Source: a virus (lineage: Duplodnaviria; Caudoviricetes). From it: a DNA stretch of 64,000 nucleotides. Location: positions 33,058 through 97,057 of IMG/VR virus record IMGVR_UViG_3300036855_000054; one strand, given 5' to 3'. The notes below the pieces were generated by a model, which was given only the letters and a program-made list of their open reading frames with translations, was not told the DNA's origin and did no database searches. The position numbers were made by a program, and so were the translations under genes. Shown piece by piece: positions 54,315 through 63,995 of the stretch. How positions within the stretch are numbered: the stretch's first letter is position 1; every line of letters begins with the position of its first letter.

Positions 54315-56533
54315 TGGCCTGCCGCCTTGTCTTCCGGGGGGGTCCACACGCCGTGGCCGCCGTCGACGATCAGGCCCAGACCAGCGAGCCGCTTGCAGAT
54401 CTGAGACACCCACGGCCCGGAGAGCCCCACACGGTCGATGATCTGCCAGCTGCGGGTGCAGCCGTCGGTGATCGCCGCGAGCACCTTCCGGTCGGACTCG
54501 CTGAGCTCCACCTCCGAGGCGTCGGGGCGGTGCAGCTGGATGACCTTCGCCATCGGACCGGGCAGCGCCGCGAACTTCTCGGCCGAGCCCATGAACTCGC
54601 CGAACGCGGCGACCGCGTCCAGTGCGGTGTGCTGCACATCGGGGACCGCGCCGACGACTGGTGCTGCCTCGGCGCCAGCGAGGAATGCGTCCAGTGCGGC
54701 CTGCATACGGTCCCGCTCACCCTGCTGGCGCTGGCCCGCAGACTCCCCCAGAAACGCGGCGAACGCGCGACGTCCGATAGGGCACATCGGGGCGTCTGGA
54801 TATCGCGCCAAGGCCACCGCAGCGTTCATGCCGTCCGGGCGCTTCTGCTGGTCCGGGAGGTACGCGGCGCGCCATAAAGCCCGGCGGGCGTCCTGCGCGG
54901 CGATATAACCGAGACCCGGGTCCTGTGGCAGGGTCCGGGCGGACGGCAACTCCGGGGCGATCAACTGACCACCGGACGAGCCGGACTTGGTTCGCATGAT
55001 CACCGCATTGCCCGCCGCCGTGTTGCTGCGGAGCATCTCCTCGTTGCCGAACGCCCCGAGCCCGTCGATCTGGGTGTTCAGCAGCAGCGGAACACCCAGC
55101 GCTCCGCACGTCTTAGCGATGACCCCCCACCGTTTCGCCATCCCCGGCAGGGTGAACAACATGTCGCATTCTTCGATGATGATCAGGTAGATGAGCCGTT
55201 CCGGTCCTGCGGTGAACCGCTGCCAGCCATTGAGGCCCGACTCCATGCCTCGTGCCCACAGGAGGGTCTGCACGGCGTGGGTGAACTCCTCGGCGCGGTC
55301 CAAGCCGAGCACGGTTACTGAAGCCGCCTCCGCAAGTTCGGGTGAGCTGTTCAGCTTCGGGTCCAGGTAGATCGTGACCACCAGTTGCGAGGACCGCGCC
55401 GACGCGTCCATGCTGGTGACCAGACCGGACTTACCGGATCCGGTGGAGCCGACCACGATGCCGTTACGGGCGCGGCCTTCCTCGGGGGCGTACAGCACGT
55501 ATTCGGCCCACTGGTCCGCGCCGTCCGCGTAGGGCCCGAGCCCGATCCGCCCGTTCCGCCACATCGGTTCGGTCCACTCGACCACCTCGGTGATCGGGGA
55601 CTCGTACACCACCTGCACGAGGCCCTGGCGGGCTGAGCGCCACCCCCGCTCGTCCGGCGGGGGGTCGTCGAACACCAACTGCCGTGGGTCCAAGTCCAAC
55701 TCGGACGCGATCTCCACCACCCGGGACTGCACCTTCGGAAGGGTCATGCCGCCGGGCATCTGCAGCCGGAACGACATGCGGCCGCCCTCGTGCTCCGTCC
55801 CGCCATACAGTTGCGAACCGGGGGCGTTGCCGCCCTTGTGCGCGGTCTCCCGCAGCCACCGGTCCGCGAACTCCTGCACCGCGGTCAGCAGTTCCGGCTC
55901 GTACTCCAGTTCCGGGGCGGCCTCAGCCTCGATCGCGGGGAGTTGAACAGCGGCCCGGGGCTGCAGCGAGCGACGCCACACGGTGGCCTCCGCCGCGGTG
56001 CCACCGAGCAGGACGAAACCCAGCCAGGGCCACACGGGGCCGAGCACGGGCACGGTGGCGGCACCGACTGCGGCGATCGTGGTGGACAGCACCACCGCAC
56101 CCACCGCGCTCGCATCCTCACTGCGCCGCCACCGCCGCTTACGACGACCGAGCACGGACAGGCCCAGCGCCGTGGCACCAGACACCAGCGCGGTGCCACC
56201 CGACGCGACGAGGTGACCCATCGGCCCGGCGACGATCTCGGCGATCAGGCTGACACCCAGCCCGGTAGCGCCGACTGTGGCCGTTGCCCCGCTGGCCTTC
56301 CACGGCACCAGCCGCGCCCTCCGCGCCGCCTTCGCCAGCGCCGCCCGGCGCAACTCAGCGGCCACCTCCGGGTTGTAACGCGCGAGCTGAAACCGCTGGA
56401 CCTCGCCGGACTGGTTGTCCTCCTCGGCAGGCGCCTGACACCGTGCTTTCACAGTCGCCCGGATCCGTGCCTGCTCCCGCTCGCTCAGCACGTGTTCCGG
56501 CTCGGTGCTGCCCAGCCTGGCGAGCGCTCGCAC
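54311..56533 (-). CDS. TraB-like FtsK/SpoIIIE conjugative DNA translocase
   Basis: N-terminal TMs, GSTGSGKS Walker A, YLDPK, LIIIEECD Walker B, C-terminal wHTH. Confidence 0.85.
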   Translation of the reverse strand: MRALARLGSTEPEHVLSEREQARIRATVKARCQAPAEEDNQSGEVQRFQLARYNPEVAAELRRAALAKAARRARLVPWKASGATATVGATGLGVSLIAEIVAGPMGHLVASGGTALVSGATALGLSVLGRRKRRWRRSEDASAVGAVVLSTTIAAVGAATVPVLGPVWPWLGFVLLGGTAAEATVWRRSLQPRAAVQLPAIEAEAAPELEYEPELLTAVQEFADRWLRETAHKGGNAPGSQLYGGTEHEGGRMSFRLQMPGGMTLPKVQSRVVEIASELDLDPRQLVFDDPPPDERGWRSARQGLVQVVYESPITEVVEWTEPMWRNGRIGLGPYADGADQWAEYVLYAPEEGRARNGIVVGSTGSGKSGLVTSMDASARSSQLVVTIYLDPKLNSSPELAEAASVTVLGLDRAEEFTHAVQTLLWARGMESGLNGWQRFTAGPERLIYLIIIEECDMLFTLPGMAKRWGVIAKTCGALGVPLLLNTQIDGLGAFGNEEMLRSNTAAGNAVIMRTKSGSSGGQLIAPELPSARTLPQDPGLGYIAAQDARRALWRAAYLPDQQKRPDGMNAAVALARYPDAPMCPIGRRAFAAFLGESAGQRQQGERDRMQAALDAFLAGAEAAPVVGAVPDVQHTALDAVAAFGEFMGSAEKFAALPGPMAKVIQLHRPDASEVELSESDRKVLAAITDGCTRSWQIIDRVGLSGPWVSQICKRLAGLGLIVDGGHGVWTPPEDKAAGQ

Positions 56534-56638
56534 GGTCGTCCCTTTCCTTGCTGTTTGCTGGTTTGGTTCGTAGTGCCCCGCTCCGCCACGACACGGGCGC
56601 CCACCTTTGATGTGGGGGCGAGGCCCGAGAGATGCCGG

Positions 56639-58075
56639 TCAGCCGGGAAGCTTCATTCCCGCGTACCCGGCGTGGCCCATGGTCTGGTCGTCCAGCACGG
56701 GGGTCAGCACGTCCTGGTGCCTGGCGAAATGCCCCGCAGCGGACGCACCCGCGCCCCGGACGCTGTCCGAGGCCGCCACCAACTGCTGCGCGGACTCCTG
56801 CATCGCGCGCAGCTGGTCGGCCATGTTGCGGTAGTCCGCCAGCGGCTGACCCTTCACGCCGCTGTGATCAACCTGAGATGCCCACGTCTCGTACTGCGTC
56901 GCGAGGCTTGCGCACTCCTGGGTGAGCTTCTGGAAACGGTCCATCGCTGCGGCGCCGAACTGCTCAGAGAACTGAGCGTTCGCCAATGCCGATTCCGGGT
57001 TGAAAATTTCCCCGGCACCGCTTGCCACGACAGGGCTTCCGCCACCGATGACGGCGGGAACACCACCACCGGACGATCCGCCGTGGTTGCCGTTGCGGAT
57101 GTTGTCGCGGGCAGCGGCCACCCGCCTCGTGTCCGACGCGTGCTCTCCGGCCGGGCTCCAGCCACCGCCCCGATTCGCCTCGCCCAGCTTGACGAGCTTC
57201 TCCAGCCGGTCGCGGCGGTTCACGTTGTCCCGATCTGGAGAGAACCCGCCTTCTATCTGACGTTCGATCTCCGCGTTGAGGCTGGCCAACTCGCCCGCAG
57301 CGTTCTCAGTTGCCATTGCTGTTCCTCCGTTGTTGTCACTGCCCTGTAGAAGTTCGCTGCGGTCGAGCCGCTGACCGCCGTTGATGAACGGCTCACGGGG
57401 CGCTTCCCAACCACTTCCCGTGGTCGTCGGCGGGGTCGTACTGGCCGGCTGGGGCTGCGGTGTCGGGGTGTCACCGGGCCAGCCGGGCTCGATCTGCAGC
57501 GGCTCGGTGGTCTGCGGCTGGTCGTCCACGAACTCCGCGTCCACGGTTTCCGGCTGCGGTTCCGGTGCCGTCCGCTCGGTGGGGTCCTGGTCGAGGCGCT
57601 CAGCAGTCCACCGCTGCGGGTCCCGCTGCTCGTTGCGTTCCTGCCAGCGCCGTGCGGCCTGCTCACCGGCACGCACCCACCAGGCGTGGAAGCCCCTAGC
57701 GGCCTTCTGCCACTCCTGGTCCCCGTTGCGGCGCCGCTCCTCACGGGCGCGGCGCTCCCGGGTCAACTGGTCGGCACGGTCGGCGCACAGGTCGAACCAC
57801 CACGCCCGGATGCCGCCCATGTCGGAGCGGGACTTCGGGCCATTCCGGACGCGCTCGGCCAGCGCCTCGGGGAGTGTCGGTCCGGCCTTGCCCGCCTTGC
57901 GCAGCTCGTGCAGGTGTTTCTGCTTGGCCAGCCAGCGCTCATGCTCGTGCTGCCGCGCCTGCATCCGCAGCTTGGCGTGGTCCGAGCCCATGGCAGCAGC
58001 AGCCCGATCCCTGACCGCGCCCGCCTTCTTGACCACGATCCCGGCGATCACAAAGCAAAGGAACAAGAGACCCAT
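56639..58075 (-). CDS. Membrane-anchored coiled-coil protein (transfer/spread accessory)
   Basis: 478 aa; N-terminal TM, charged coiled coil, C-terminal helical hairpin; upstream of TraB. Confidence 0.6.
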   Translation of the reverse strand: MGLLFLCFVIAGIVVKKAGAVRDRAAAAMGSDHAKLRMQARQHEHERWLAKQKHLHELRKAGKAGPTLPEALAERVRNGPKSRSDMGGIRAWWFDLCADRADQLTRERRAREERRRNGDQEWQKAARGFHAWWVRAGEQAARRWQERNEQRDPQRWTAERLDQDPTERTAPEPQPETVDAEFVDDQPQTTEPLQIEPGWPGDTPTPQPQPASTTPPTTTGSGWEAPREPFINGGQRLDRSELLQGSDNNGGTAMATENAAGELASLNAEIERQIEGGFSPDRDNVNRRDRLEKLVKLGEANRGGGWSPAGEHASDTRRVAAARDNIRNGNHGGSSGGGVPAVIGGGSPVVASGAGEIFNPESALANAQFSEQFGAAAMDRFQKLTQECASLATQYETWASQVDHSGVKGQPLADYRNMADQLRAMQESAQQLVAASDSVRGAGASAAGHFARHQDVLTPVLDDQTMGHAGYAGMKLPG

Positions 58076-58078
58076 GGG

Positions 58079-58492
58079 TCACCCACTCAGCCAGGACGAG
58101 ATCTTGGACTCGGTGGAGTTGTGGACCTCGGTGACCACGTTCGCTCCGTGCGCGGCGAACGTGCCGTGCGCCCCGAGGAACAGAACCGGAAGTGCCACGA
58201 TCGCGACGAGTGCGGGCTTGTCGACCTTCCCGTCCACAATGACGTCCAGAATGATCGTGCCGACCGCCGCGAGCAGGAGAACGCCGGGGATGATCGGGTC
58301 GATCATCCCCAAGCCCCACAGGAGCGCCCACCCGACGATCGAGAACGCCAGGAAAACGCCACTGAACCCGGCGAGCACTGTGCGAAGGATCCGACCACCG
58401 GGGAGCCTTCCTCCGTGGCCCTTCGCCATTTTGTGCAGGAAATAGAAGAACAGGGCACCGATCGCGGTGCCGACGATGTCAATCCCGAGCAT
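58079..58492 (-). CDS. Multi-TM membrane protein (Spd-like)
   Basis: Four hydrophobic helices in TraB operon. Confidence 0.6.
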   Translation of the reverse strand: MLGIDIVGTAIGALFFYFLHKMAKGHGGRLPGGRILRTVLAGFSGVFLAFSIVGWALLWGLGMIDPIIPGVLLLAAVGTIILDVIVDGKVDKPALVAIVALPVLFLGAHGTFAAHGANVVTEVHNSTESKISSWLSG

Positions 58493-59385
58493 CAGCGATC
58501 ACTTCCTTCCCGCCGCCACGACCGGCGGCGGCTGTCGTTGTCGGCGTTCATGTGCGCCACCAGGTCCCGCAGAACCCCGTCACGGCGCTGAGCGTTGCGG
58601 CGCTTGTCCCTGCTGCGGATCCACCGGCGAACTCCGAACACGGCAGCCAGGGCGATTAGCAGCAGTTGCAGGACGCTCGCGAACACACCCGGTGCGGCCG
58701 GTGTCGAGGAACTCGGCTGCGGCGGTGCAGCGGCATGGCTCACGGGAGCGGGCACTGCGGTGGGGGCGGCGTGCGGCAGCCCGCCCGGTGCGGAGTTGCC
58801 GAACGACGCCCACAACCCGCTGATCTGGTCCCACCACCAGCCCGGCCCGGCCAGCGCAGTGATCCCCAGGGCGATCAGACCGGCCACGATGGCCATGCGG
58901 CCCGCGTAGTCAGCCCATATCGACCACACACGGGCCGGGATGTACACGCAGGCGAACGCGAGATCCGCCCACGACTCCCGGGCCTGCGCCACCACCGCAG
59001 ACAGCGGGGGCTGCGGCTCGGAGAACCGGGGTGCGTCGGCCCGCATCCACAGCCGCAGCACCGACCACGCCCGGATCCGGGCCAGACGCGCCGGGATGTG
59101 CACCCAGGCGATACGCGCCGCCCGGACGTAGCTGTTGATCGTCCAGTCGCCGTGCCTGGCGTCCAGCTTCAGGTCCGTGAAGGCCTGCTGCGGCTGCGCA
59201 TACCACGGCTGTGTGGCCAGCCAGCCGCGTGCACCGCTGGTCGGTGCGACGCTCGGCGCCACCTGCTCGGCGGCAGGTTCCGCAGCAGTAGGCTCAGGCT
59301 CCGGGCTGGCCGGCCACTCCCCGCCGTTCTCCAGACGCGGGTCGTCGTGGAACTCCACAGTGGGGATGGCGAACGGGTCGCTCAT
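58492..59385 (-). CDS. Membrane protein (Spd-like)
   Basis: 297 aa, TM segments, Pro/Ala linker. Confidence 0.55.
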   Translation of the reverse strand: MSDPFAIPTVEFHDDPRLENGGEWPASPEPEPTAAEPAAEQVAPSVAPTSGARGWLATQPWYAQPQQAFTDLKLDARHGDWTINSYVRAARIAWVHIPARLARIRAWSVLRLWMRADAPRFSEPQPPLSAVVAQARESWADLAFACVYIPARVWSIWADYAGRMAIVAGLIALGITALAGPGWWWDQISGLWASFGNSAPGGLPHAAPTAVPAPVSHAAAPPQPSSSTPAAPGVFASVLQLLLIALAAVFGVRRWIRSRDKRRNAQRRDGVLRDLVAHMNADNDSRRRSWRREGSDR

Positions 59386-59669
59386 CGGGACCGCCTCCCC
59401 GGTGCCCGGCCGTCACGGCGACCGGGTGACCGGTCGCCTGGCTGCACAAGAGCGGTGGAGGCAGCACGGGGCACCAGCACCGGGGACACGTGACGCACCA
59501 GCAGCCACAACCCGGCCAGGGCCACCGACATGACCTGCCAGCCGGCCAGGTAGACACAGCCAAACGACACCCACGGCAGCACCTGCTCCGCCCCGTACCG
59601 GGCCATAGCGGCCAGGGGCAGCGACGTCTCGTCCGGGCGGTTCCCGCCGGGGTTCTGCAGTTCGCGCAT
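59382..59669 (-). CDS. Small membrane protein
   Basis: Two TM segments, coupled. Confidence 0.5.
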   Translation of the reverse strand: MRELQNPGGNRPDETSLPLAAMARYGAEQVLPWVSFGCVYLAGWQVMSVALAGLWLLVRHVSPVLVPRAASTALVQPGDRSPGRRDGRAPGRRSR

Positions 59670-59971
59670 CAGGCGGCCCGCCTCTTCAGGCAGCGGCGCT
59701 CACGCTCGCTGAGACCGCCGTAGATCCCGAACCGCTCACCGGTGGCCAGCGCGTAATCAAGACAAGGTGTGCGCACCTCACACAGGCGGCAGATTTGCTT
59801 GGCCTCGCGCGCCGAGCCGCCTGTTTCAGGGAAAAACAGGTCTGGATCGGTCTGCGCGCACAGCGCGCGCTCCTGCCAGTCAGGCTGGTCGAACAGGTCA
59901 GCCAGTAGCGGGTCGATCTCGCCGAGAGCGACGTCGGTGATGTGCAGCATCCGGACCTCAGCGGCGGTCAT
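59669..59971 (-). CDS. whiB: WhiB-family transcription factor
   Basis: WQERALCAQTDPDLFFPE...AKQICRLCEVRTPCLDYAL..ERFGIYGGLSERER. Confidence 0.93.
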   Translation of the reverse strand: MTAAEVRMLHITDVALGEIDPLLADLFDQPDWQERALCAQTDPDLFFPETGGSAREAKQICRLCEVRTPCLDYALATGERFGIYGGLSERERRCLKRRAA

Positions 59972-60276
59972 CGCTGGCCGCCCATCTGGCCGCGCAGCAC
60001 AGCGGCAGCCGCGCGGTGCTGCGCGGCGATCCCCATCTGGTTCGCGGCTAGATAGTGCTGATTAGCGGCCAGCAGCATCGACGCCTGGTTCTCGGCGATC
60101 TGCGCGTCGAGTTCGTGGTCGCGGATATCCCGCAGCGCCGATCGGTCCACTTGCTGCCGTTGCCGCTGGGGCTGCTCGTCCGTGTAGACAATCCGCCGGG
60201 ACTTGCTGGCTAGGATCGCCGCGATCACCGCGATGACGATGAGAGCCATGACGACCTGGCCGAGGAACGCGGTCAT
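59968..60276 (-). CDS. Membrane-anchored hypothetical protein
   Basis: N-terminal TM. Confidence 0.55.
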   Translation of the reverse strand: MTAFLGQVVMALIVIAVIAAILASKSRRIVYTDEQPQRQRQQVDRSALRDIRDHELDAQIAENQASMLLAANQHYLAANQMGIAAQHRAAAAVLRGQMGGQR

Positions 60277-60653
60277 GACGGCTCACCTGTGATCAGGGCC
60301 AGCACCCGGTCCCGCTCCGTCGGGTCGATCAGGTGGAACCGGTCCTGCTCGGCCACCCATGCCCGGATCTCGGCCCGCACCGCACCCACGGTCATCCCGG
60401 TGGCGGTGTGGACCTGCGCGAACGACGCGCCCGCATCCAGGGCGGCCACCACCCGCACCGGACGCCGGGTGACCACCAGGTGCTCCACCCGGGCGGCGAT
60501 GGCCAGCAGGGCCAGGGCGTACCGCGCGGCGTTGTCCGGGCTGATGGTGACGTCCCAGTTCAGGGCTACCTCGTAGTCGCTGAGGAGCTGACCTAGGACG
60601 TCGATGCCCCACACGGGAGGGAGGTCATGGGGGGACCGGTAGGCGGAGGTCAT
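60273..60653 (-). CDS. Hypothetical protein with HTH-like segment
   Basis: ALDAGASFAQVHTATGMT. Confidence 0.55.
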   Translation of the reverse strand: MTSAYRSPHDLPPVWGIDVLGQLLSDYEVALNWDVTISPDNAARYALALLAIAARVEHLVVTRRPVRVVAALDAGASFAQVHTATGMTVGAVRAEIRAWVAEQDRFHLIDPTERDRVLALITGEPS

Positions 60654-61339
60654 GACACGCCACCCGGGCAGGTCGGCACGTACGGAACCCACAGGTCACT
60701 ACCGGGGCAGCGCCGCGGCGTCGGATCATCCTTCGGCCACACCGCAGGATCGGGGTTGACCAGCACCACCGTGCCGTCGTCGTGGACCCAGCTCACGGTG
60801 CCCCACGACAGGTCGTCGCACACGAAGGCCGGCTGCATCAGCCCGTCGCGGCAGTGCCGCGTAGGGGCGAGCGGCTTCTCGAAGGAGTCGGCGTCCAACT
60901 CCAGTGGGGTGAGGTACTGCTCGCGACCCGGCTCCGTCTTCGGCGGCCAGTTCGCGCCATCGTCGATCAGTTGCGTCTGCTGGTCCTCCGTCAGAGGCCA
61001 GGGCAGCACCTGCGTGGTGGGCGGCTTACCCGCCCACTGCTTCACGCAGGACACCGCTTCGCCTTTGAAGGTGCAGACCACGCTGGTCGGCGTAGGCGGC
61101 GGGGTCCACGACCAGAACCGGTCCCACGCGTTCTGCGCGTGAGGTGGAGCAGGAGCGGACGGTGCAGTAGTGGCACGCGTAGGTGGCGCTGGGTGTGCAG
61201 CGCTGGTCGCCCCTAGCACCACGGCGGCGGAAACGAACAGTGCGACCGGCGCGGCCACGAGAGCCGACACGATGATCTCGTCGCGGTTCGCCTTGACCCA
61301 CTCGCGGATGCTTTTACGGGGGGACTGGTAGGTGCTCAC
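60650..61339 (-). CDS. Membrane-anchored/secreted protein
   Basis: N-terminal TM, Pro-rich linker, Cys pairs. Confidence 0.55.
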   Translation of the reverse strand: MSTYQSPRKSIREWVKANRDEIIVSALVAAPVALFVSAAVVLGATSAAHPAPPTRATTAPSAPAPPHAQNAWDRFWSWTPPPTPTSVVCTFKGEAVSCVKQWAGKPPTTQVLPWPLTEDQQTQLIDDGANWPPKTEPGREQYLTPLELDADSFEKPLAPTRHCRDGLMQPAFVCDDLSWGTVSWVHDDGTVVLVNPDPAVWPKDDPTPRRCPGSDLWVPYVPTCPGGVS

Positions 61340-61887
61340 ACGATCACCGCCGTGAGCAGTGCGGCGGCGAACAGCCAGAACCAGTGCCAGCTTTGGTCAA
61401 GGACATAGGCCCCGGTACCGAGCGACGGGCCGTCCCACATGACCGGCTTTCCGTCCAGGCCCCACAGCGTCACGACCTGCTTCGCGGTGCCCTGGTCGTC
61501 CAGGTTCCCGTGAGGTCTGCTCACCGTGGCCTGCACGAGGCGCGGCGTGCCGAGCCGGTAGAAGTCACCCTTACCGAGGCGCTCGCACAGCTCCGCGAGG
61601 GTGGTGCGCCGATCCGCCCAGTAGTGCGTGACCGCGCTGACCAGTTGCCCGGCCACGAAGCCCAGCGGGCTGATCGGCAGGTCCAGCAGCCACCACAGCA
61701 GCGCCACCGTGGCGACCGTGGTCAGGGTGTAGGTGGCGACGTGGGATGCGCAGGCGATCCGGCCCGGCCAGCCCGACAGGCCCTTGTGCCCGGCCTGGTG
61801 ATCGGTCTGCAGCCAATGGTCCGCCACGTTGTGCGCCACCAGCAGACCGGGCAGCACCACGGCGAACGTGACAGCGGAGGTCATCAT
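61336..61887 (-). CDS. DUF3307 family membrane protein
   Basis: AHNVADHWLQT..QA.HK, H..Y, HYWAD, LDQSWH. Confidence 0.85.
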   Translation of the reverse strand: MMTSAVTFAVVLPGLLVAHNVADHWLQTDHQAGHKGLSGWPGRIACASHVATYTLTTVATVALLWWLLDLPISPLGFVAGQLVSAVTHYWADRRTTLAELCERLGKGDFYRLGTPRLVQATVSRPHGNLDDQGTAKQVVTLWGLDGKPVMWDGPSLGTGAYVLDQSWHWFWLFAAALLTAVIV

Positions 61888-62138
61888 GACGTCACCAATG
61901 CCCGGCCAGCGACGGTGAGCTCGGCGGGTACCCGCTCGCCGACGGCCCCGCTGCTCGCCGGCCGGATGAGACCGGCCCGCGCCAGCCGGTGCGCCGTGTA
62001 CTGGTCACAGCAGCCCAGCCCGTCGATGAACAGGTCCGGCTCGCAACTGCACACCAGTTCGCCGCGTCCGTCGGACACCGCGCGGAGCATGGCCAGCCCA
62101 CGGCCGGTGACCTCCACGTCGTCCACCGGGGCGCTCAT
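61884..62138 (-). CDS. Hypothetical wHTH-like protein
   Basis: LRAV..GR.EL.CSCEPDLFIDGL.CCDQ...LT.AG. Confidence 0.6.
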   Translation of the reverse strand: MSAPVDDVEVTGRGLAMLRAVSDGRGELVCSCEPDLFIDGLGCCDQYTAHRLARAGLIRPASSGAVGERVPAELTVAGRALVTS

Positions 62139-62467
62139 CGGGCACCTGCCGTGTGCACGTCCAGCGCGGCGTGAAGATACGACTGCGCGGCATCCAAAGC
62201 CGCGGTGGCGTCGGTGCCCTGCTCCACATGCCACAGAGCCGACCCGAGCGAGATGGCCGCCCCGTACAGTTCGGCGTCGAACCGGGGCAGGCCGGCCCAC
62301 GCGAAGGTCTGCAGCGCCACGCACGCCTCCGGGGCGCCGCCGTGCAGCGCCGCAGTCACAGTGGCGATCGCGTCGCGAACCGCCGTGCCGTCCGCGGCCG
62401 AGGCCGCCTGCCGGAGCATCGCCAGCAGTTCGCGAGCAGCCAGGGAATCGCAGTACCGGGTGCTCAC
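62135..62467 (-). CDS. Hypothetical protein
   Basis: Ala-rich helical, coupled. Confidence 0.5.
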   Translation of the reverse strand: MSTRYCDSLAARELLAMLRQAASAADGTAVRDAIATVTAALHGGAPEACVALQTFAWAGLPRFDAELYGAAISLGSALWHVEQGTDATAALDAAQSYLHAALDVHTAGAR

Positions 62468-62829
62468 AGCGCACCCCCTGCGATGAACTGCGTCTCGGCC
62501 AGGTCGCGGGCCACGTCCAGGTGCGCCCACGCCGACACCAGAGCAGCAGCGCGGGAGTCGTGGCCGACGAGTGTCGACAGTGCGATCCAGCACGCCGCGG
62601 CGTACAACTCGGCGCCGATCCGGTCACCGCTCCGGGCCCGACGGAGCAGCTGCTCGAACATGTCGCGCCCACCGCCGTCCAGCACCGCCCCGCACAGCAC
62701 GGCGTCAGCCCGTGCGGCGTGGCTGTCAACGGCGAACGGGGCAAGCTCCCGCAGCTCGGCCAGCAGCGCGTCCGGGGTGAGCGCGTCGAGCACCACGTCC
62801 CGCAGGCGTGCCCTCTCGTCGCGGCTCAT
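62464..62829 (-). CDS. Hypothetical protein
   Basis: 121 aa from MSRDERARL, coupled. Confidence 0.5.
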   Translation of the reverse strand: MSRDERARLRDVVLDALTPDALLAELRELAPFAVDSHAARADAVLCGAVLDGGGRDMFEQLLRRARSGDRIGAELYAAACWIALSTLVGHDSRAAALVSAWAHLDVARDLAETQFIAGGAL

Positions 62830-63062
62830 GCCGGCACCCCGGACGGCACCGGAACGGCGGGGATGTTGTGACGGCGCCCGTAGGCGATCTCGGCGTTGCG
62901 GCGACCGGCGCGGCATCCGCAGTGCGCGGACACAGCACCCGCCGGGACCCGCCAGGACCGGAGACCGCCATCGCAGTTCGGGTCCTGGCACATCGGCGCC
63001 TTGTAGGCACCTGACAGCAGCGGCTTCGACTGCTCGACGGCGGGACTCAGGGTGGCGGTCAC
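62826..63062 (-). CDS. Small Zn-binding protein
   Basis: C...CDGG...HCGCRAG. Confidence 0.45.
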   Translation of the reverse strand: MTATLSPAVEQSKPLLSGAYKAPMCQDPNCDGGLRSWRVPAGAVSAHCGCRAGRRNAEIAYGRRHNIPAVPVPSGVPA

Positions 63063-63235
63063 CGGGCACCGCCCAGCAGTTGCAGGCGGGCGTTGGTGCG
63101 GCGACGGGACCAGACACGGCGTGCGGTGCGCGCCAGTGAGGTCACCGGGTCGGTGCCCTGCGGCAGGCACGCGGTGATGTCTGCGTGCAGCGGGGTGTCG
63201 GAACGGCCGCCGCAGACACAGCGGTAGGCGTTCAT
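63059..63235 (-). CDS. Small hypothetical protein
   Basis: Manual translation MNAYRCVCGG...; coupled on both sides. Confidence 0.4.
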   Translation of the reverse strand: MNAYRCVCGGRSDTPLHADITACLPQGTDPVTSLARTARRVWSRRRTNARLQLLGGAR

Positions 63236-63615
63236 CGCCCACCTGCCTGGGAACGCAACCTGGTGGCGGCCTGCTCGTGCACCGCGCGGCGCACGTCGGC
63301 GAACGCGACCATCCTGTCCGTGTCGCGCTCGATCTGACTACCCGGAGACGCCTGGGTGCCGAAGAGCCGACGTGCATCGGCGCGGTATTTCTCGGCCTGC
63401 TCGTCGTGCCACTGCGCCTCCGCGCGAAACTCGCACTCGAACACCACCATCAGGGCGTCGGTGACCTTCGCCAGTTCGGCGCGGTCCACGTCGTCCAGGT
63501 CCTCGGGCTGAGAACCGACCGCCCTGATCAGCGTGTCGGCGATGCGCTCCCGCAGGGTCGCCTGCGTGGCGACCTCGTGCTCCGCGGGGCTCATGGGATG
63601 GTTGTTCACGGTCAT
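63232..63615 (-). CDS. Hypothetical protein
   Basis: 127 aa helical, ATGA coupling. Confidence 0.55.
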   Translation of the reverse strand: MTVNNHPMSPAEHEVATQATLRERIADTLIRAVGSQPEDLDDVDRAELAKVTDALMVVFECEFRAEAQWHDEQAEKYRADARRLFGTQASPGSQIERDTDRMVAFADVRRAVHEQAATRLRSQAGGR

Positions 63616-63995
63616 CTCCAATGGGGATTGGTTGGAGCTGGCTGGTCGCCCCGGTGTTCCTGCACCGGGGCGACACGCTTAGGGGCGTGCCGCGTGATCG
63701 CCGCGTCCAGATCGGCCAGCCTCTGAGCAGCAGCGGTCATGGCGTCGGTGATCTCACGGGGCATCGCGTGGCCGTATTTGCGTTGGGCCCGCCGGTAGGA
63801 GGCGGCCACCTTGTCGGCGACGGCCTTGAGGACTGCCAGAGCGTCCGGGGCCTGCTCTACACGCCGGGCGGCGAGGGCGGCCTGATTGGTCTTGGCGACG
63901 GCGCTGCGCAGGGGGCTTCCCTCGCCGCGGCGGCTGCGGGTGCGCATGGCACTACACGCCTTCGCCTTGGCGGCCCTCGAAGCGCTGCGACTCAA
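63612..63995 (-). CDS. Hypothetical protein (start may lie outside window)
   Basis: Basic helical ORF at window edge. Confidence 0.4.
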   Translation of the reverse strand: MSRSASRAAKAKACSAMRTRSRRGEGSPLRSAVAKTNQAALAARRVEQAPDALAVLKAVADKVAASYRRAQRKYGHAMPREITDAMTAAAQRLADLDAAITRHAPKRVAPVQEHRGDQPAPTNPHWR

